NCBI GenBank assembly: GCA_965116495.1
Contig: OZ220696.1
Coordinates: 3,840,001 to 3,904,000 of the forward strand
DNA from: Gammaproteobacteria bacterium
GTDB lineage: Bacteria; Pseudomonadota; Gammaproteobacteria; Eutrophobiales; Eutrophobiaceae
Length of the DNA stretch: 64,000 nt
Reading direction: 5' to 3'
Shown here piece after piece: positions 1-10,966 of this stretch. Positions within the stretch are counted from its first letter, which is position 1. Each line of letters starts with the position of its first letter. The notes beneath the pieces were generated by a model. The model saw nothing but the letters and a program-made list of their open reading frames with translations. It did no database searches and was not told the DNA's origin. The translations under genes and the position numbers were made by a program.

Positions 1-1
1 C

Positions 2-196
2 ATCCTGCTGGATGTTTACCTGGCAATGACCGGAGGGCAATCGAGTTTATTGCTGGGCGAGGAAGAGGAACAGGGCTTACGTTCCGGTCGGCAGCGCCCG
101 CGCCCGGTCAAGCCGAGAACCGGCTTGAAAATAGTGGAACCCACCCCGGAAGAACTGGAAGCACACAACAGGATGATGGAGCGGATTAACAGGTGA
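2..196 (+). CDS. dnaQ: DNA polymerase III epsilon subunit, 3' end (partial)
   Basis: Frame 2 reads ILLDVYLAMTGGQ...PEELEAH, matching the conserved DnaQ C-terminal motif (ILAxVYLAMTGGQ); TGA at 194-196. Confidence 0.85.
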   Translation: MLLDVYLAMTGGQSSLLLGEEEEQGLRSGRQRPRPVKPRTGLKIVEPTPEELEAHNRMMERINR

Positions 197-228
197 TAAC
201 CTGTTCCAATCCAGCCCCGCCCTGCTCT

Positions 229-287
229 GGGGACGGACCTAAGTCCGTCCCCGTACCAATTCAGGAGACAGATTTAACTTGTCCCCC
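229..287. repeat. Two REP-like palindromes, GGGGAC family
   Basis: GGGGACGGACCTAAGTCCGTCCCC (229-252) and GGAGACAGATTTAACTTGTCCCCC (264-287); related copies at 33210, 40898 and 54379. Confidence 0.75.
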
Positions 288-288
288 G

Positions 289-624
289 TTAGTGGGGGTC
301 TTCCGAAGCAGTGGCAGCCTGGTCAAGGACGTTTTTCAACTCTCCGTTCTGGTACATCTCCAGGACGATATCACAGCCGCCGATCAATTCGCCGTTGACG
401 AATACCTGGGGGAATGTGGGCCAGTTGGAAACCTGCGGCAGGTTGCTGCGAACTTCAGGTGATGCCAGGACATCGACGTAGACGAAGTCGACGTCACAGG
501 CCTTCAGTGCCTGTGCGGTACGCATGGAGAAACCGCACTGGGGAAAATCGGGACTCCCTTTCATGAACAGGATGATCGGGTTTTCTGAAATGGTATGTTT
601 TAACTGCTCAACTATATCGCTCAT
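289..624 (-). CDS. grxD: Monothiol glutaredoxin, Grx4 family
   Basis: FMKGSP..PQCGFS, WPTFPQ and GGCDI motifs; start taken at MSDIVEQ. Confidence 0.95.
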   Translation of the reverse strand: MSDIVEQLKHTISENPIILFMKGSPDFPQCGFSMRTAQALKACDVDFVYVDVLASPEVRSNLPQVSNWPTFPQVFVNGELIGGCDIVLEMYQNGELKNVLDQAATASEDPH

Positions 625-766
625 TGTGATGTCTCGTTGTAAATCAGAATTCTGACGGTTTGTGTTGCGGCTATTATACATCATAGCTAACCGGCTGGGG
701 ACACATTTGAACACATTTGAACTCTATCCCCGGTTCTACTGTGAAATTCATCATAAAATTGGCATA

Positions 767-821
767 AATTTGGGACACCCATAAATTTACAAAACTTCTT
801 AATTTATGGGTGTCCCAAATT
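767..821. repeat. REP-like inverted repeat (TGGGACACCCATAAATT family)
   Basis: AATTTGGGACACCCATAAATT...AATTTATGGGTGTCCCAAATT perfect arms; degenerate arms at 59114-59166. Confidence 0.75.
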
Positions 822-920
822 ACGTTGTGAAATTCTATTGTATACTTGTCCGGTCTGATAGCAGTAGTATAATCAGGGAAACAACATAATCCTTTGTTGA
901 AACCATATGCTGGAGGGGCA

Positions 921-1529
921 ATGATGAATCCGCTAAAAACTGTAAAGGGCACGTTGATCTTGGGTTTTGTTACCGCGCTGGTGCTGGCCGGAGTAATTAA
1001 CCTGTGTGTGAGTGATAGTGCGGCAGGCAATTTAAACAACTGGTCTCTGATGGTCTGGCTGCATGTCTTCTTCGGGCTGATCTGGATAGGACTGTTGTAT
1101 TATTTCAATTTTGTCCAAACACCGGCGGTGGCAGCGGCGACTGCGGACAGCGATGGTCCCGGGCCGGCCGCGATCAGTAAATATGTCGCTCCCCTGGCAT
1201 TGCTGTGGTTCCGCTGGGCCGCGTTGCTGACCTGGTTGACCGGGGCTGCCGCGCTGGAAATAATGGGGATCGGAATTGGCGATGCTTTCACGCTGAGCAG
1301 CGGCGCAGTCATTATCGGAACAGGTGCGTGGCTGGGCACCATCATGCTGTTCAACGTCTGGGTATTAATCTGGCCGAACCAGAAGAAGATCCTGGGGATA
1401 GTTGCGGCTTCGGATGAGGAAAAGGCAAAAGCCAAGGTGGTTGCAGCCATGGCATCACGTACGAATACCTTCCTGTCCATACCTATGCTGATGTGCATGG
1501 TCGGGCAGGGCCATGGGTTACCTTTTTAA
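921..1529 (+). CDS. Membrane protein, PuuD (urate hydroxylase) N-terminal-domain family
   Basis: WLHV..G.IWIGLLYYFNFVQ, WFRWAA, GTIM.FNVW..IWPNQKK and SRTNT.LSIPML motifs; GGAGG RBS before ATG 921; no heme-c domain. Confidence 0.75.
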   Translation: MMNPLKTVKGTLILGFVTALVLAGVINLCVSDSAAGNLNNWSLMVWLHVFFGLIWIGLLYYFNFVQTPAVAAATADSDGPGPAAISKYVAPLALLWFRWAALLTWLTGAAALEIMGIGIGDAFTLSSGAVIIGTGAWLGTIMLFNVWVLIWPNQKKILGIVAASDEEKAKAKVVAAMASRTNTFLSIPMLMCMVGQGHGLPF

Positions 1530-1588
1530 CTACGGAATACAACAAACGGAAAACATGGATTGCCGGCGTGAACGAACAGTTCTCCGGC

Positions 1589-1631
1589 AAAGGGGACGTG
1601 GCGATTAACCATATCACCCCGTCCCCTTTTT
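1589..1631. repeat. GGGGAC-type hairpin, possible terminator
   Basis: AAAGGGGACGTGGCGAT...ATCACCCCGTCCCCTTTTTT. Confidence 0.5.
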
Positions 1632-1715
1632 TACTGGAAATTTCAAGGACAGCAAGTAAACCGGGCCAATACCCGGGTTGATATTATTCCAATAAATGAA
1701 GAATTCTGGGCTGCA

Positions 1716-2888
1716 ATGCCGGAAGCAATAATGGCAACCTATAAGCGTCTGGACGTGGCATTTGAGTCCGGTCAGGGCGCCTGGCTGATTGACCTGCAGG
1801 GAAACCGCTACCTGGATGCGCTGAGCGGCATTGCCGTTTGCGGCCTGGGTCATGCCCATCCGGGGATCGCCGAAGTGATTGCCCGGCAGGCGCGGCGACT
1901 GGTTCATACTTCTAATCTCTACCGTATACCCCTGCAGGAAGAACTGGCCGGACGCCTGGTCGGGATTGCAGGGATGGAGCGGGTATTTTTCTGCAACTCA
2001 GGGGCCGAAGCCAATGAAGCCGCGATAAAGATTTGCCGTAAATTCGCCTCCCACAAACAGGTTGAAGAACCGCTTATTATCGCAATGGAAGGCAGTTTTC
2101 ACGGCCGCACCATGGCGACGTTGAGTGCAACCGGAAAGCCTGAAGTGCGCGCAGGATTTGCTCCCTTGCTGCCCGGTTTCCGGTATATCCCCTATAACGA
2201 TGCCGGTGCCTTGCAGCAACCGGATGAGATACGCGGGCGGGTTGTCGCCGTCCTGCTGGAGGCCGTCCAGGGGGAAGGGGGAGTGGTCATCCCTGATCCC
2301 GGTTATCTGAAGGCCCTGCGCGAGACCTGCGATCGGAATGGCTGGCTGTTGATCCTCGACGAAGTCCAGACAGGATTATGCCGCACCGGCGCCTGGTTTG
2401 CCTACCAGCATGAAAATATCCTGCCCGATATCGTTACCCTGGCGAAATCCCTGGGCAACGGCCTGCCGATCGGCGCCTGCCTGGCTACCGGGATTGCGGC
2501 GGATATGTTGCACCCGGGGAGTCACGGTTCGACTTTCGGTGGTAATCCGCTGGCATCGGCTGCAGCGCTTGCCGTCATTGAGAATATGAACGATCAGAAC
2601 CTGGCCGAGCGGGCAACCGAATACGGTAGAATCATGCTGGAAAGGTTTCGCGTCGAGTTGGGAGACCTCGATGAAGTGGTTGCAATCCGCGGCAAGGGGT
2701 TGATGATCGGGATAGAACTTTCCCGGGATTGCGCCGGCCTGGTCGACCGGGCGCTGGAACGGCGCTTATTGATTAACGTTACCGCGGGGAAGGTCGTGCG
2801 CCTGCTGCCGCCGCTGATCATCACGGAACAGGAAATGCATCAGATTTGTGACACGGTTTGCAGCCTGGTCAGGGAGTTTGCGGGATAA
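1716..2888 (+). CDS. argD: Acetylornithine aminotransferase
   Basis: Class III PLP aminotransferase motifs [41 protein letters not shown]; adjacent to argF. Confidence 0.92.
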   Translation: MPEAIMATYKRLDVAFESGQGAWLIDLQGNRYLDALSGIAVCGLGHAHPGIAEVIARQARRLVHTSNLYRIPLQEELAGRLVGIAGMERVFFCNSGAEANEAAIKICRKFASHKQVEEPLIIAMEGSFHGRTMATLSATGKPEVRAGFAPLLPGFRYIPYNDAGALQQPDEIRGRVVAVLLEAVQGEGGVVIPDPGYLKALRETCDRNGWLLILDEVQTGLCRTGAWFAYQHENILPDIVTLAKSLGNGLPIGACLATGIAADMLHPGSHGSTFGGNPLASAAALAVIENMNDQNLAERATEYGRIMLERFRVELGDLDEVVAIRGKGLMIGIELSRDCAGLVDRALERRLLINVTAGKVVRLLPPLIITEQEMHQICDTVCSLVREFAG

Positions 2889-2892
2889 AGCA

Positions 2893-3789
2893 ATGCGCCA
2901 CTTTTTAACCCTGACAGATCTCAATCGTGCTGAAATTGAAGCCCTGGTATACCGGGCTGTCGAATTGAAGGGAGAATTCAGACGCAGGGAGTTGCGGCAA
3001 ACCTGCGCAGGCCGGGTACTGGCCATGATATTTGAAAAATCTTCCACGCGTACCCGGGTTTCATTTGAAACCGCAATGACGCACCTCGGGGGACATGCCG
3101 TCTTCCTGTCGCCCCGGGACAGCCAACTGGGCCGCGGCGAGCCTATTGAGGATACTGCCAGAGTATTGTCGAAGATGGTTGATGCCGTTATGATACGGAC
3201 TTTTGAGCATACCCGGATCACCCGCTTTGCCGAACATTCTTCAGTCCCTGTGATCAATGGCCTCTCGGACAGTTATCATCCCTGCCAGCTACTGGCGGAT
3301 TTACAGACTTATTATGAGTTGAGGGGTGCAATCAAGGGCAAGAAAGTGGCCTGGTTCGGTGACGGGAACAATGTGTGCAATTCCTGGATTAATGCCGCGG
3401 GAATAATGGATTTCCATTTGCATATCGCCTGTCCCGCCGAATATGAACCGGCCCCGGAAATCGTCAGCAGGGGCGGAGATAATATTATCCTTACCCGGAA
3501 CCCGCAGCAGGCTGCCGCGCAGGCCGACCTGGTTGTTACCGATACCTGGATGAGCATGGGACAGGAATCGGAGAGGGAAAAACAGCAGGCTTTATTTCAA
3601 CCGTATCAAGTGAATGAAGAGGTTATGTCCGGCGCCGCACCGGACGCGATATTCATGCATTGCCTGCCGGCATATCGAGGCGCCGAGGTAAGCGCCGGAG
3701 TAATCGACGGCGCCCGCAGTGTAGTCTGGGAAGAAGCGGGTAATCGCCTGCATGCCCAGAAAGCGCTGCTGGAATTTCTACTGAATTGA
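2893..3789 (+). CDS. argF: Ornithine carbamoyltransferase
   Basis: [21 protein letters not shown] and FMHCLP motifs. Confidence 0.96.
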   Translation: MRHFLTLTDLNRAEIEALVYRAVELKGEFRRRELRQTCAGRVLAMIFEKSSTRTRVSFETAMTHLGGHAVFLSPRDSQLGRGEPIEDTARVLSKMVDAVMIRTFEHTRITRFAEHSSVPVINGLSDSYHPCQLLADLQTYYELRGAIKGKKVAWFGDGNNVCNSWINAAGIMDFHLHIACPAEYEPAPEIVSRGGDNIILTRNPQQAAAQADLVVTDTWMSMGQESEREKQQALFQPYQVNEEVMSGAAPDAIFMHCLPAYRGAEVSAGVIDGARSVVWEEAGNRLHAQKALLEFLLN

Positions 3790-4550
3790 TGCATTTCCTG
3801 CTGAGTAATGATGACGGCTACCAGGCCACCGGCCTGGAAATTCTGGTGCAGACAATGAGAGCTTTTGGTGAGATTACCGTGGTGGCGCCCGATCGAAATC
3901 GAAGCGGCGCGAGTAATTCATTGACCCTTGATGCCCCGCTCTATACGAAACAGCTTTCGGACAGGTTCTTCCATGTTAACGGCACCCCCACGGACTGTGT
4001 CCACCTGGCTATTACCGGTTTGCTGGATGACATACCGGACATGGTCATCAGTGGTGTAAATCACGGAGCCAACCTGGGCGACGACGTAATATATTCGGGA
4101 ACCGTAGCGGCGGCCATGGAGGGGCGGTTCCTGGGACGGCCCGCCATTGCCTTGTCCCTGGCCGGTGAAAATCCGACCCATTACGGCACTGCAGGAATGG
4201 TTGTCAGGAACCTGATCAGCAAGTTGTTGGCCGACCCTATCGATAACGACATATTGCTGAATATCAACATTCCGGATGTCCCGTTTGAGGAACTTCGTGG
4301 TTTTGAAGTGACGCGGCTGGGCCAGCGGCACAAGTCCGAACCTGCCATCAGAACAAAGGACCCGAAAAACCGTACCGTATACTGGGTAGGGCCCGTCGGC
4401 GCCGGGGAAGACGCCGGACCCGGCACCGATTTCCATGCAGTTGCCGCCAACAAGATATCCGTTACGCCGTTACAGGCGGATTTGACGCGCTATGCCGTCC
4501 TGACCCGTGTCGGTGACTGGATGGCTGATCTTGAGTTGAATGAAATGTAG
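3789..4550 (+). CDS. surE: 5'/3'-nucleotidase SurE
   Basis: LSNDDG, GTPTDC, SGVNHGANLG and SGTVAAA motifs; ATG overlaps the argF TGA. Confidence 0.96.
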   Translation: MHFLLSNDDGYQATGLEILVQTMRAFGEITVVAPDRNRSGASNSLTLDAPLYTKQLSDRFFHVNGTPTDCVHLAITGLLDDIPDMVISGVNHGANLGDDVIYSGTVAAAMEGRFLGRPAIALSLAGENPTHYGTAGMVVRNLISKLLADPIDNDILLNINIPDVPFEELRGFEVTRLGQRHKSEPAIRTKDPKNRTVYWVGPVGAGEDAGPGTDFHAVAANKISVTPLQADLTRYAVLTRVGDWMADLELNEM

Positions 4551-4552
4551 AC

Positions 4553-4704
4553 TAATGAAGCTCTGACAAGTCCGTCCAGGACTTGTCAGAGCACGGAAAA
4601 CAAAAATGTGATTTTTTTACATACAAAATCAATGACATATAGTCATTGATTTTGACGGTACGTCCCTGTACCGTAGGAACCTCTGACTTAATCAGAGGTT
4701 CCTT
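4553..4704. repeat. Four-hairpin MITE/REP-like element
   Basis: Perfect hairpins GCTCTGACAAGTCC/GGACTTGTCAGAGC, CAAAATCAATGAC/GTCATTGATTTTG, ACGGTAC/GTACCGT and GGAACCTCTGA/TCAGAGGTTCC; degenerate 3' half recurs at 40427-40488. Confidence 0.7.
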
Positions 4705-4748
4705 GGCCGTTATAACTGTGGGCTTAATGACAAGTGATCTTGTGAGAA

Positions 4749-5411
4749 ATGCGGGCTAAACATTTTCAGGGTATCGGAATGACATCCCAGCGTTCCCGGG
4801 ACAGGCTGGTGAGTCAACTCCGGGATATGGGGATACAGTCCGAACGTGTTCTGGCGTCTATCCGGAGCACCCCCAGGCATATTTTTATTGACGAGGCCCT
4901 GGCAAGCCGCGCCTACGATAATACTGCCTTGCCTATCGGGCATAACCAGACCATTTCGCAACCCTATATAGTTGCGCGTATGACTGAGGCGTTGCTGGAA
5001 ATCGAGGATCCGGACAAGGTACTGGAAGTGGGTACCGGATGCGGCTACCAGACTGCAATCCTTGCGCAGTTCGCCCGCCAGGTTTACAGCGTTGAACGCA
5101 TCAAGGTATTACAGGAAAGCGCCAGGGAGCGGCTTTATGCGTTGAACTACCGTAATATCAAGGCCAGGTACGCTGATGGCGGCGACGGATGGCCGGAGAA
5201 CGCGCCATACCAGGGGATCCTGGTGTCCGCCGCGCCGGCTAAAATTCCGCAGACGCTCCTGCAACAATTGGCTCCCGGAGGCCGTATGATCATTCCCATC
5301 GGGCATAGCGGGGAACAGAATTTACTGTCCATAACCCGTACCGAGGATGGTTTTGCCGAAAAATTCCTGGATTGTGTCAGTTTTGTACCTATGCTCAACG
5401 GAATGGGTTGA
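4749..5411 (+). CDS. pcm: Protein-L-isoaspartate O-methyltransferase
   Basis: [13 protein letters not shown] and [13 protein letters not shown]; surE-pcm-nlpD-rpoS synteny. Confidence 0.95.
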   Translation: MRAKHFQGIGMTSQRSRDRLVSQLRDMGIQSERVLASIRSTPRHIFIDEALASRAYDNTALPIGHNQTISQPYIVARMTEALLEIEDPDKVLEVGTGCGYQTAILAQFARQVYSVERIKVLQESARERLYALNYRNIKARYADGGDGWPENAPYQGILVSAAPAKIPQTLLQQLAPGGRMIIPIGHSGEQNLLSITRTEDGFAEKFLDCVSFVPMLNGMG

Positions 5412-5414
5412 ATT

Positions 5415-6203
5415 GTGAGCAAGGTTCCCGGCATATGCTTGTTGTTATGCCTGCTGGCCGGCATCTACGCCTGTGGTACGACAACCAATGCCCCAGTCAC
5501 AGCGCGCCAGGAAAGTAAACGGACCACACCTCCGGTGTCATCCACCACCGCACGCTCCAGCAAACAACACAAATCTCATACGGTCGCTAAAGGCGAGACC
5601 CTGTATTCAATTGCCTGGCGCTATGGACAGGATTACAGAAGTCTTGCTTCCTGGAACCTGATAAAATCTCCATTTGTTATTTACCCGGGGCAGGTCATCC
5701 AATTGAGACCGGTAAAACGGCGCCGTGCGATACAACCGCCTCCCGTCGTTGAAAAGCGAACCCCGGCGCGTAAAAAACCGGTTGCGAAAACACAAACTGC
5801 AAACCGGCCCAAGGCCGCCGCAACCGGATCTGCCACGGCTATCTCCTGGCAATGGCCTGCACGCGGCAAGTTGTTGAAGTCAACGTCTTTAACCACAGAA
5901 AAAGGTATCAATATCGGCGGCAGGACCGGCCAGAAAATCGTCGCCGCGGCACCCGGCAAGGTGGTATACAGCGGCAGTGGATTACGCGGCTATGGTAAGC
6001 TTATTATCATCAAGCACAGTGATGTGTACCTGAGCGCATATGCATATAACCGAGAATTGAGAGTGAAGGAAGGTGAAACGGTAAAGGCCGGCCAGCAGAT
6101 ATCGACTATGGGACTGGACAGCAAAGGCGCCCCTGTGCTGCATTTTGAAATCCGCAAAAATGGCGAACCGATCGATCCGCTCGGGCAACTTCCGCGCGGC
6201 TGA
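5415..6203 (+). CDS. nlpD: Lipoprotein NlpD (LysM plus M23 domain)
   Basis: Lipobox IYAC, LysM (GETLYSIAWRYG), WQWP...GYGKLIIIKH...LHFEIR. Confidence 0.92.
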   Translation: MSKVPGICLLLCLLAGIYACGTTTNAPVTARQESKRTTPPVSSTTARSSKQHKSHTVAKGETLYSIAWRYGQDYRSLASWNLIKSPFVIYPGQVIQLRPVKRRRAIQPPPVVEKRTPARKKPVAKTQTANRPKAAATGSATAISWQWPARGKLLKSTSLTTEKGINIGGRTGQKIVAAAPGKVVYSGSGLRGYGKLIIIKHSDVYLSAYAYNRELRVKEGETVKAGQQISTMGLDSKGAPVLHFEIRKNGEPIDPLGQLPRG

Positions 6204-6252
6204 GTGTCTGACAATATAACCACCGAGCAGGGTTTAACGGTAAATAATATTC

Positions 6253-7200
6253 ATGGCTGAAGATGATGAAATTCGGACTCCGAACCTCGATCACTCCGGT
6301 TCGGCCAAGGCCGGGTCTCGTGGCGCCAGGAAGCCGGTAAAAGCACACCGCCATGACGCCCTCATTGACACGGACCTTGACGCAACCCGATTATATTTAA
6401 GCGAGATAGGTTTTACTCCGCTATTGACCGCGCAGCAGGAGGTAACCTTTGCCCGCCGGGCGCGTTGCGGTGATGCTGATGCCCGTAAACGTATGATTGA
6501 AAGCAATTTACGCCTGGTGGTAAAAATCGCGCGGCGTTATATGAACCAGGGTCTGGCGTTGCTGGACCTGATTGAGGAGGGTAACCTCGGCTTGATCCGG
6601 GCCGTGGAAAAGTTTGACCCGGATAAAGGGTTCCGTTTTTCGACGTATGCCACCTGGTGGATAAGGCAAACCATAGAACGGGCATTGATGAACCAGGCCA
6701 GGACTGTCAGGTTGCCAATCCACATTATCAAGGAGATCAATGTTTACATGCGCGCAGCCAGAAAACTGGCGCAGACCCTGGACCGCGAACCCAGCTCCGA
6801 GGACGTGGCGGAGATGCTGGACCGGCCGATAGAAAGTGTCAAACGCATGTTCGGATTAAACGAACGGGTTACCTCGGTCGATGCCCCGGCAAGCAGGGAA
6901 GCAGAGCGCCCATTGCTGGATACCATAGCGGATGAACAGAACATCGATCCTTCGGTATTACTGCAGAATGATGATGTCAGGGAACATATCGACCTGTGGC
7001 TGAAGCAACTGACGGAAAAGCAGCGCGCAGTGGTGGAACTGCGCTTTGGCCTGCATGACAGGGAAGCCGCTACCCTGGAAGACGTCGGCGCGGAACTAGG
7101 CGTGACGAGGGAGCGGGTCAGGCAGATTCAGATTGAGGCGCTGAAGCGTCTGCGGCGTATCCTGAAGAGGGAAGGATTTTCCCTGGATGCGTTGCAGTGA
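6253..7200 (+). CDS. rpoS: RNA polymerase sigma factor RpoS
   Basis: [47 protein letters not shown]; follows nlpD. Confidence 0.96.
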   Translation: MAEDDEIRTPNLDHSGSAKAGSRGARKPVKAHRHDALIDTDLDATRLYLSEIGFTPLLTAQQEVTFARRARCGDADARKRMIESNLRLVVKIARRYMNQGLALLDLIEEGNLGLIRAVEKFDPDKGFRFSTYATWWIRQTIERALMNQARTVRLPIHIIKEINVYMRAARKLAQTLDREPSSEDVAEMLDRPIESVKRMFGLNERVTSVDAPASREAERPLLDTIADEQNIDPSVLLQNDDVREHIDLWLKQLTEKQRAVVELRFGLHDREAATLEDVGAELGVTRERVRQIQIEALKRLRRILKREGFSLDALQ

Positions 7201-7206
7201 ATTGAA

Positions 7207-7309
7207 AATTACGAATTACGAATTACGAATTGGAGTTATTGCATTACGCAGCCGCCGCTGGCGGCACATTAATTCCTAATTCCTAATTCCTAATTCGTAA
7301 TTTCTAATT
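7207..7309. repeat. Inverted heptamer tandem arrays (AATTACG)n ... (AATTCCT/AATTCGT)n
   Basis: Arrays at 7207-7231 and 7271-7309 are mutual reverse complements around a short core; same architecture at 16579-16776. Confidence 0.8.
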
Positions 7310-7685
7310 GATCTTTAATCTGGAACAGCGCGGCTACGATTTGGCGGCTTTCTCCGGATAAAAAATTGAAGGCGCGGCAGGCAGCGCCAGTATCCATGAT
7401 TTCGAACCCGATTTGCCGGAGGTAGAGAATTTCGCAGATTTCATCCGGCGGGAAAGTGAGCGTTTTGCCGCTGCCGAATAACACGACTTCCGGCTTGTGC
7501 TCAAGTATTGTCATGAGGTGGGACTCTTCCAGGGTGTGTATGTTATCCGGCAGTTGCCTTTCAATGACCGCAGCGGGTGTGATTATGACATTTGTCGTGT
7601 ATGGTATGCCGGCAACGGTTATCGACCCGGCCGCATAGGCATCAATCCTGTGCCGGTCTTGATTGATGTCCGCTTCAATTTTCAT
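7290..7685 (-). CDS. Mth938-like (DUF498) protein
   Basis: PEVVLFGSG...FP and GFEIMDTGAACRAFNFL.GE.R motifs. Confidence 0.85.
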   Translation of the reverse strand: MKIEADINQDRHRIDAYAAGSITVAGIPYTTNVIITPAAVIERQLPDNIHTLEESHLMTILEHKPEVVLFGSGKTLTFPPDEICEILYLRQIGFEIMDTGAACRAFNFLSGESRQIVAALFQIKDQLEITN

Positions 7686-7717
7686 AACCGTAACCGGAAA
7701 CTGCTTTATCAATTTTT

Positions 7718-8462
<745 letters not shown>

Positions 8463-8469
8463 TGCCAGC

Positions 8470-8709
8470 TAACCCGCATTTCTCACCAGGTGATGCATTC
8501 ATTGCGTCCATCCCTGGACGCAACCCTACGGGCATCTGTCGCCGTGCAAATCGGCTATCCTACCGATTTGTCTCGCGTGTCTTTGTCCCGCCGGCGGGCA
8601 CGTGTTCATTGCGCCCATCCCTGGACGCAACCCTACGGGCGGCTATCGCCGTGCAAATCGGCTATCCTGCCGATTTGTCTTCGCATTACCTGGTGAGAAA
8701 TGCGGGTTA
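8470..8709. mobile_element. MITE copy 1 (TA-flanked, ~19-bp TIR) containing two GGA-hairpin cassettes
   Basis: TA-ACCCGCATTTCTCACCAGG ... CCTGGTGAGAAATGCGGGT-TA; internal 75-bp direct repeats at 8498-8572 and 8605-8679. Confidence 0.88.
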
Positions 8710-10961
8710 CGCGTAAAACAAGAAAATCTGCAGGTAAACCAAAACGCCGTTCCGGTCTTAAATTCTGGCACGTACACTTTGCGATCATCCTGATTTGCAC
8801 ATTCAGTGCTTATGTCGTCTGGCTGGATTTTCGCATACAGTCGGAATTTGCCGGCACACGATGGTCTCTGCCCGCCCGGGTATATGCCGGTCCTGCAGAG
8901 ATATATATGGGCCAGGCCCTGACTGCCGATAAAACAGAAGAACTCTTGACCAGGGCAGGCTATAAAAAAGTAACCGGCGTCAGACAGTCGGGCACTTACA
9001 AGCGTGCCGCGTCATACGTGGAATTCATGCAGCGTGAGTTTCATTACTGGGACGGCATGCAGGACAGCCGGCTTATCCGGGTAAGTTTCCGCAACCGGGA
9101 AGTAAAGGAAATTCTGGACTTGACCGGGGGGAATGCCCTCCCGCTGCTACGTCTCGAACCGGAAGAGATCGGCAGGATCTATCCGGATAATTACGAAGAC
9201 CGGATACTGGTTGCCTATGACGATGCACCTGCCGCCCTGATCAATGCCCTGCTGGTGGCGGAAGACCGCAATTTTTTCAGCCATCCCGGAATTGACCTGA
9301 GGGGGATGATGCGGGCGCTTTATTACAATATCCTCAGGAGCCAGGTTGAACAGGGTGGCAGTACTATCACCCAGCAGTTGGTAAAGAACTTTTTTTTCAA
9401 CCGCGAGCGCACCCTTACCAGGAAGGTCAATGAGATTATTATGGCGTTGCTGCTGGAGCGGCGCTTTGGCAAGGAAGAGATTCTTACCGCCTATATCAAT
9501 GAAGTCTACCTGGGACAACAGGGGCGGCGCAGCGTACATGGTTTCGGCACCGCGGCGGAGTTTTATTTTGCCAGGCCCCTGAATGAACTGCGTCCTGATC
9601 AGGTAGCCCTGCTGGTCGGCATGGTTAAAGGCGCATCCTGGTACAACCCGAGACGGCATCCCGACCGGGCCGGACACCGCCGCAACCTGGTGCTGGACCT
9701 GATGTACCAGCAGGGTTACCTGGATGAACGGACCCACCGCCAGGCCCGGTCACTGCCTCTGGGCCTGAGCGCCAGACCGCGCTGGGTTTCCGGCAAATAC
9801 CCTGCATTTCTGCAACTTGTCAAGAGTCAACTGTTGCGTGATTACGATATCGAAGACTTGCGCAACAAGGGGTTGCGGATATTTACTACGCTGGATACCG
9901 GGCGCCAGGACAGCACTGAACTTGTTATCGAACAACATCTGCAGCAACTGGAGCGGGCAAACTCCATGAAAGCCGGGACACTGCAGGCAGCCGGTATTTT
10001 CGTGCAAAGCAGTACCGGCGCGGTATTGTCCCTGGCAGGGGACAGGAATGCGGACTACGTTGGTTTTAACCGGGCCATGCACGCAAGACGGCCGATCGGG
10101 TCATTGGTGAAACCGTTTGTGTATTATACTGCCCTGACGGACCCGCAACGGTATTCACTCATCTCCAGGGTGAGTGACAGCGATATAACCGTGAAGCAGG
10201 CTGACGGCTCATCCTGGCAGCCGGGTAACTACGATGGCAGGAACCACGGCCGGGTGAGCCTGCTGGAAGCCCTGGCCAAATCCTATAACAGGGCAACCGT
10301 AAGGCTGGGACTCGAGATTGGCCTGGAACGGGTCATTGCTGCAATCAAAAAAGCTGGAATCGGTAACGATATCAAACCGTTTCCGGCGCTGCTGCTCGGT
10401 TCGCTGGAGTTGACTCCGCTACAGGTCAGCCAAATGTATCAAACCCTGGCCAATGGGGGATTTTTTGTTCCCGTGAACAGTATCAGGGAGGTTTTGGACA
10501 ACGACGGCAGGGCAGTGAAGCGCTATGCCCTCGATGTGCGCCAGGCACTGGAGCCCGAGGCTGCTTTCCTGACCGGGTTCATGCTGGTGCAGGCAGTCAA
10601 TCACGGTACCGGCCGCGGCCTGCGGCGTATTCTCCCGGAACACTTGCCCCTTGCCGGCAAAACCGGTAGTACCAATGACCTGCGGGACAGTTGGTTTGCC
10701 GGATTTGGCAACGATCTGACAGGTGTCGTGTGGCTGGGGCGCGATGATAATCAACCGGCCCGTTTCACCGGCGCATCCGGCGCCATGCGCATCTGGGGTA
10801 ACATAGTCAAGCGGCAGGGCATCCGGCATATTGAATTGTTACCACCTCCCGGTATTGGCTCACTGGACGGGGTTAATATATCATTCGCCGGTAACTGCAT
10901 CGGATTCTCACATATCCCGTACGTATCAGGGGCCGAACCCGGACAGGTGGATACATGTTAA
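8700..10961 (+). CDS. mrcB: Penicillin-binding protein 1B
   Basis: N-terminal TM, UB2H-like region, transglycosylase EDRNFFSH and GGSTITQQLVKN, transpeptidase SLVK, SYN and KTG. Confidence 0.92.
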   Translation: MRVTRKTRKSAGKPKRRSGLKFWHVHFAIILICTFSAYVVWLDFRIQSEFAGTRWSLPARVYAGPAEIYMGQALTADKTEELLTRAGYKKVTGVRQSGTYKRAASYVEFMQREFHYWDGMQDSRLIRVSFRNREVKEILDLTGGNALPLLRLEPEEIGRIYPDNYEDRILVAYDDAPAALINALLVAEDRNFFSHPGIDLRGMMRALYYNILRSQVEQGGSTITQQLVKNFFFNRERTLTRKVNEIIMALLLERRFGKEEILTAYINEVYLGQQGRRSVHGFGTAAEFYFARPLNELRPDQVALLVGMVKGASWYNPRRHPDRAGHRRNLVLDLMYQQGYLDERTHRQARSLPLGLSARPRWVSGKYPAFLQLVKSQLLRDYDIEDLRNKGLRIFTTLDTGRQDSTELVIEQHLQQLERANSMKAGTLQAAGIFVQSSTGAVLSLAGDRNADYVGFNRAMHARRPIGSLVKPFVYYTALTDPQRYSLISRVSDSDITVKQADGSSWQPGNYDGRNHGRVSLLEALAKSYNRATVRLGLEIGLERVIAAIKKAGIGNDIKPFPALLLGSLELTPLQVSQMYQTLANGGFFVPVNSIREVLDNDGRAVKRYALDVRQALEPEAAFLTGFMLVQAVNHGTGRGLRRILPEHLPLAGKTGSTNDLRDSWFAGFGNDLTGVVWLGRDDNQPARFTGASGAMRIWGNIVKRQGIRHIELLPPPGIGSLDGVNISFAGNCIGFSHIPYVSGAEPGQVDTC

Positions 10962-10966
10962 CAGCT

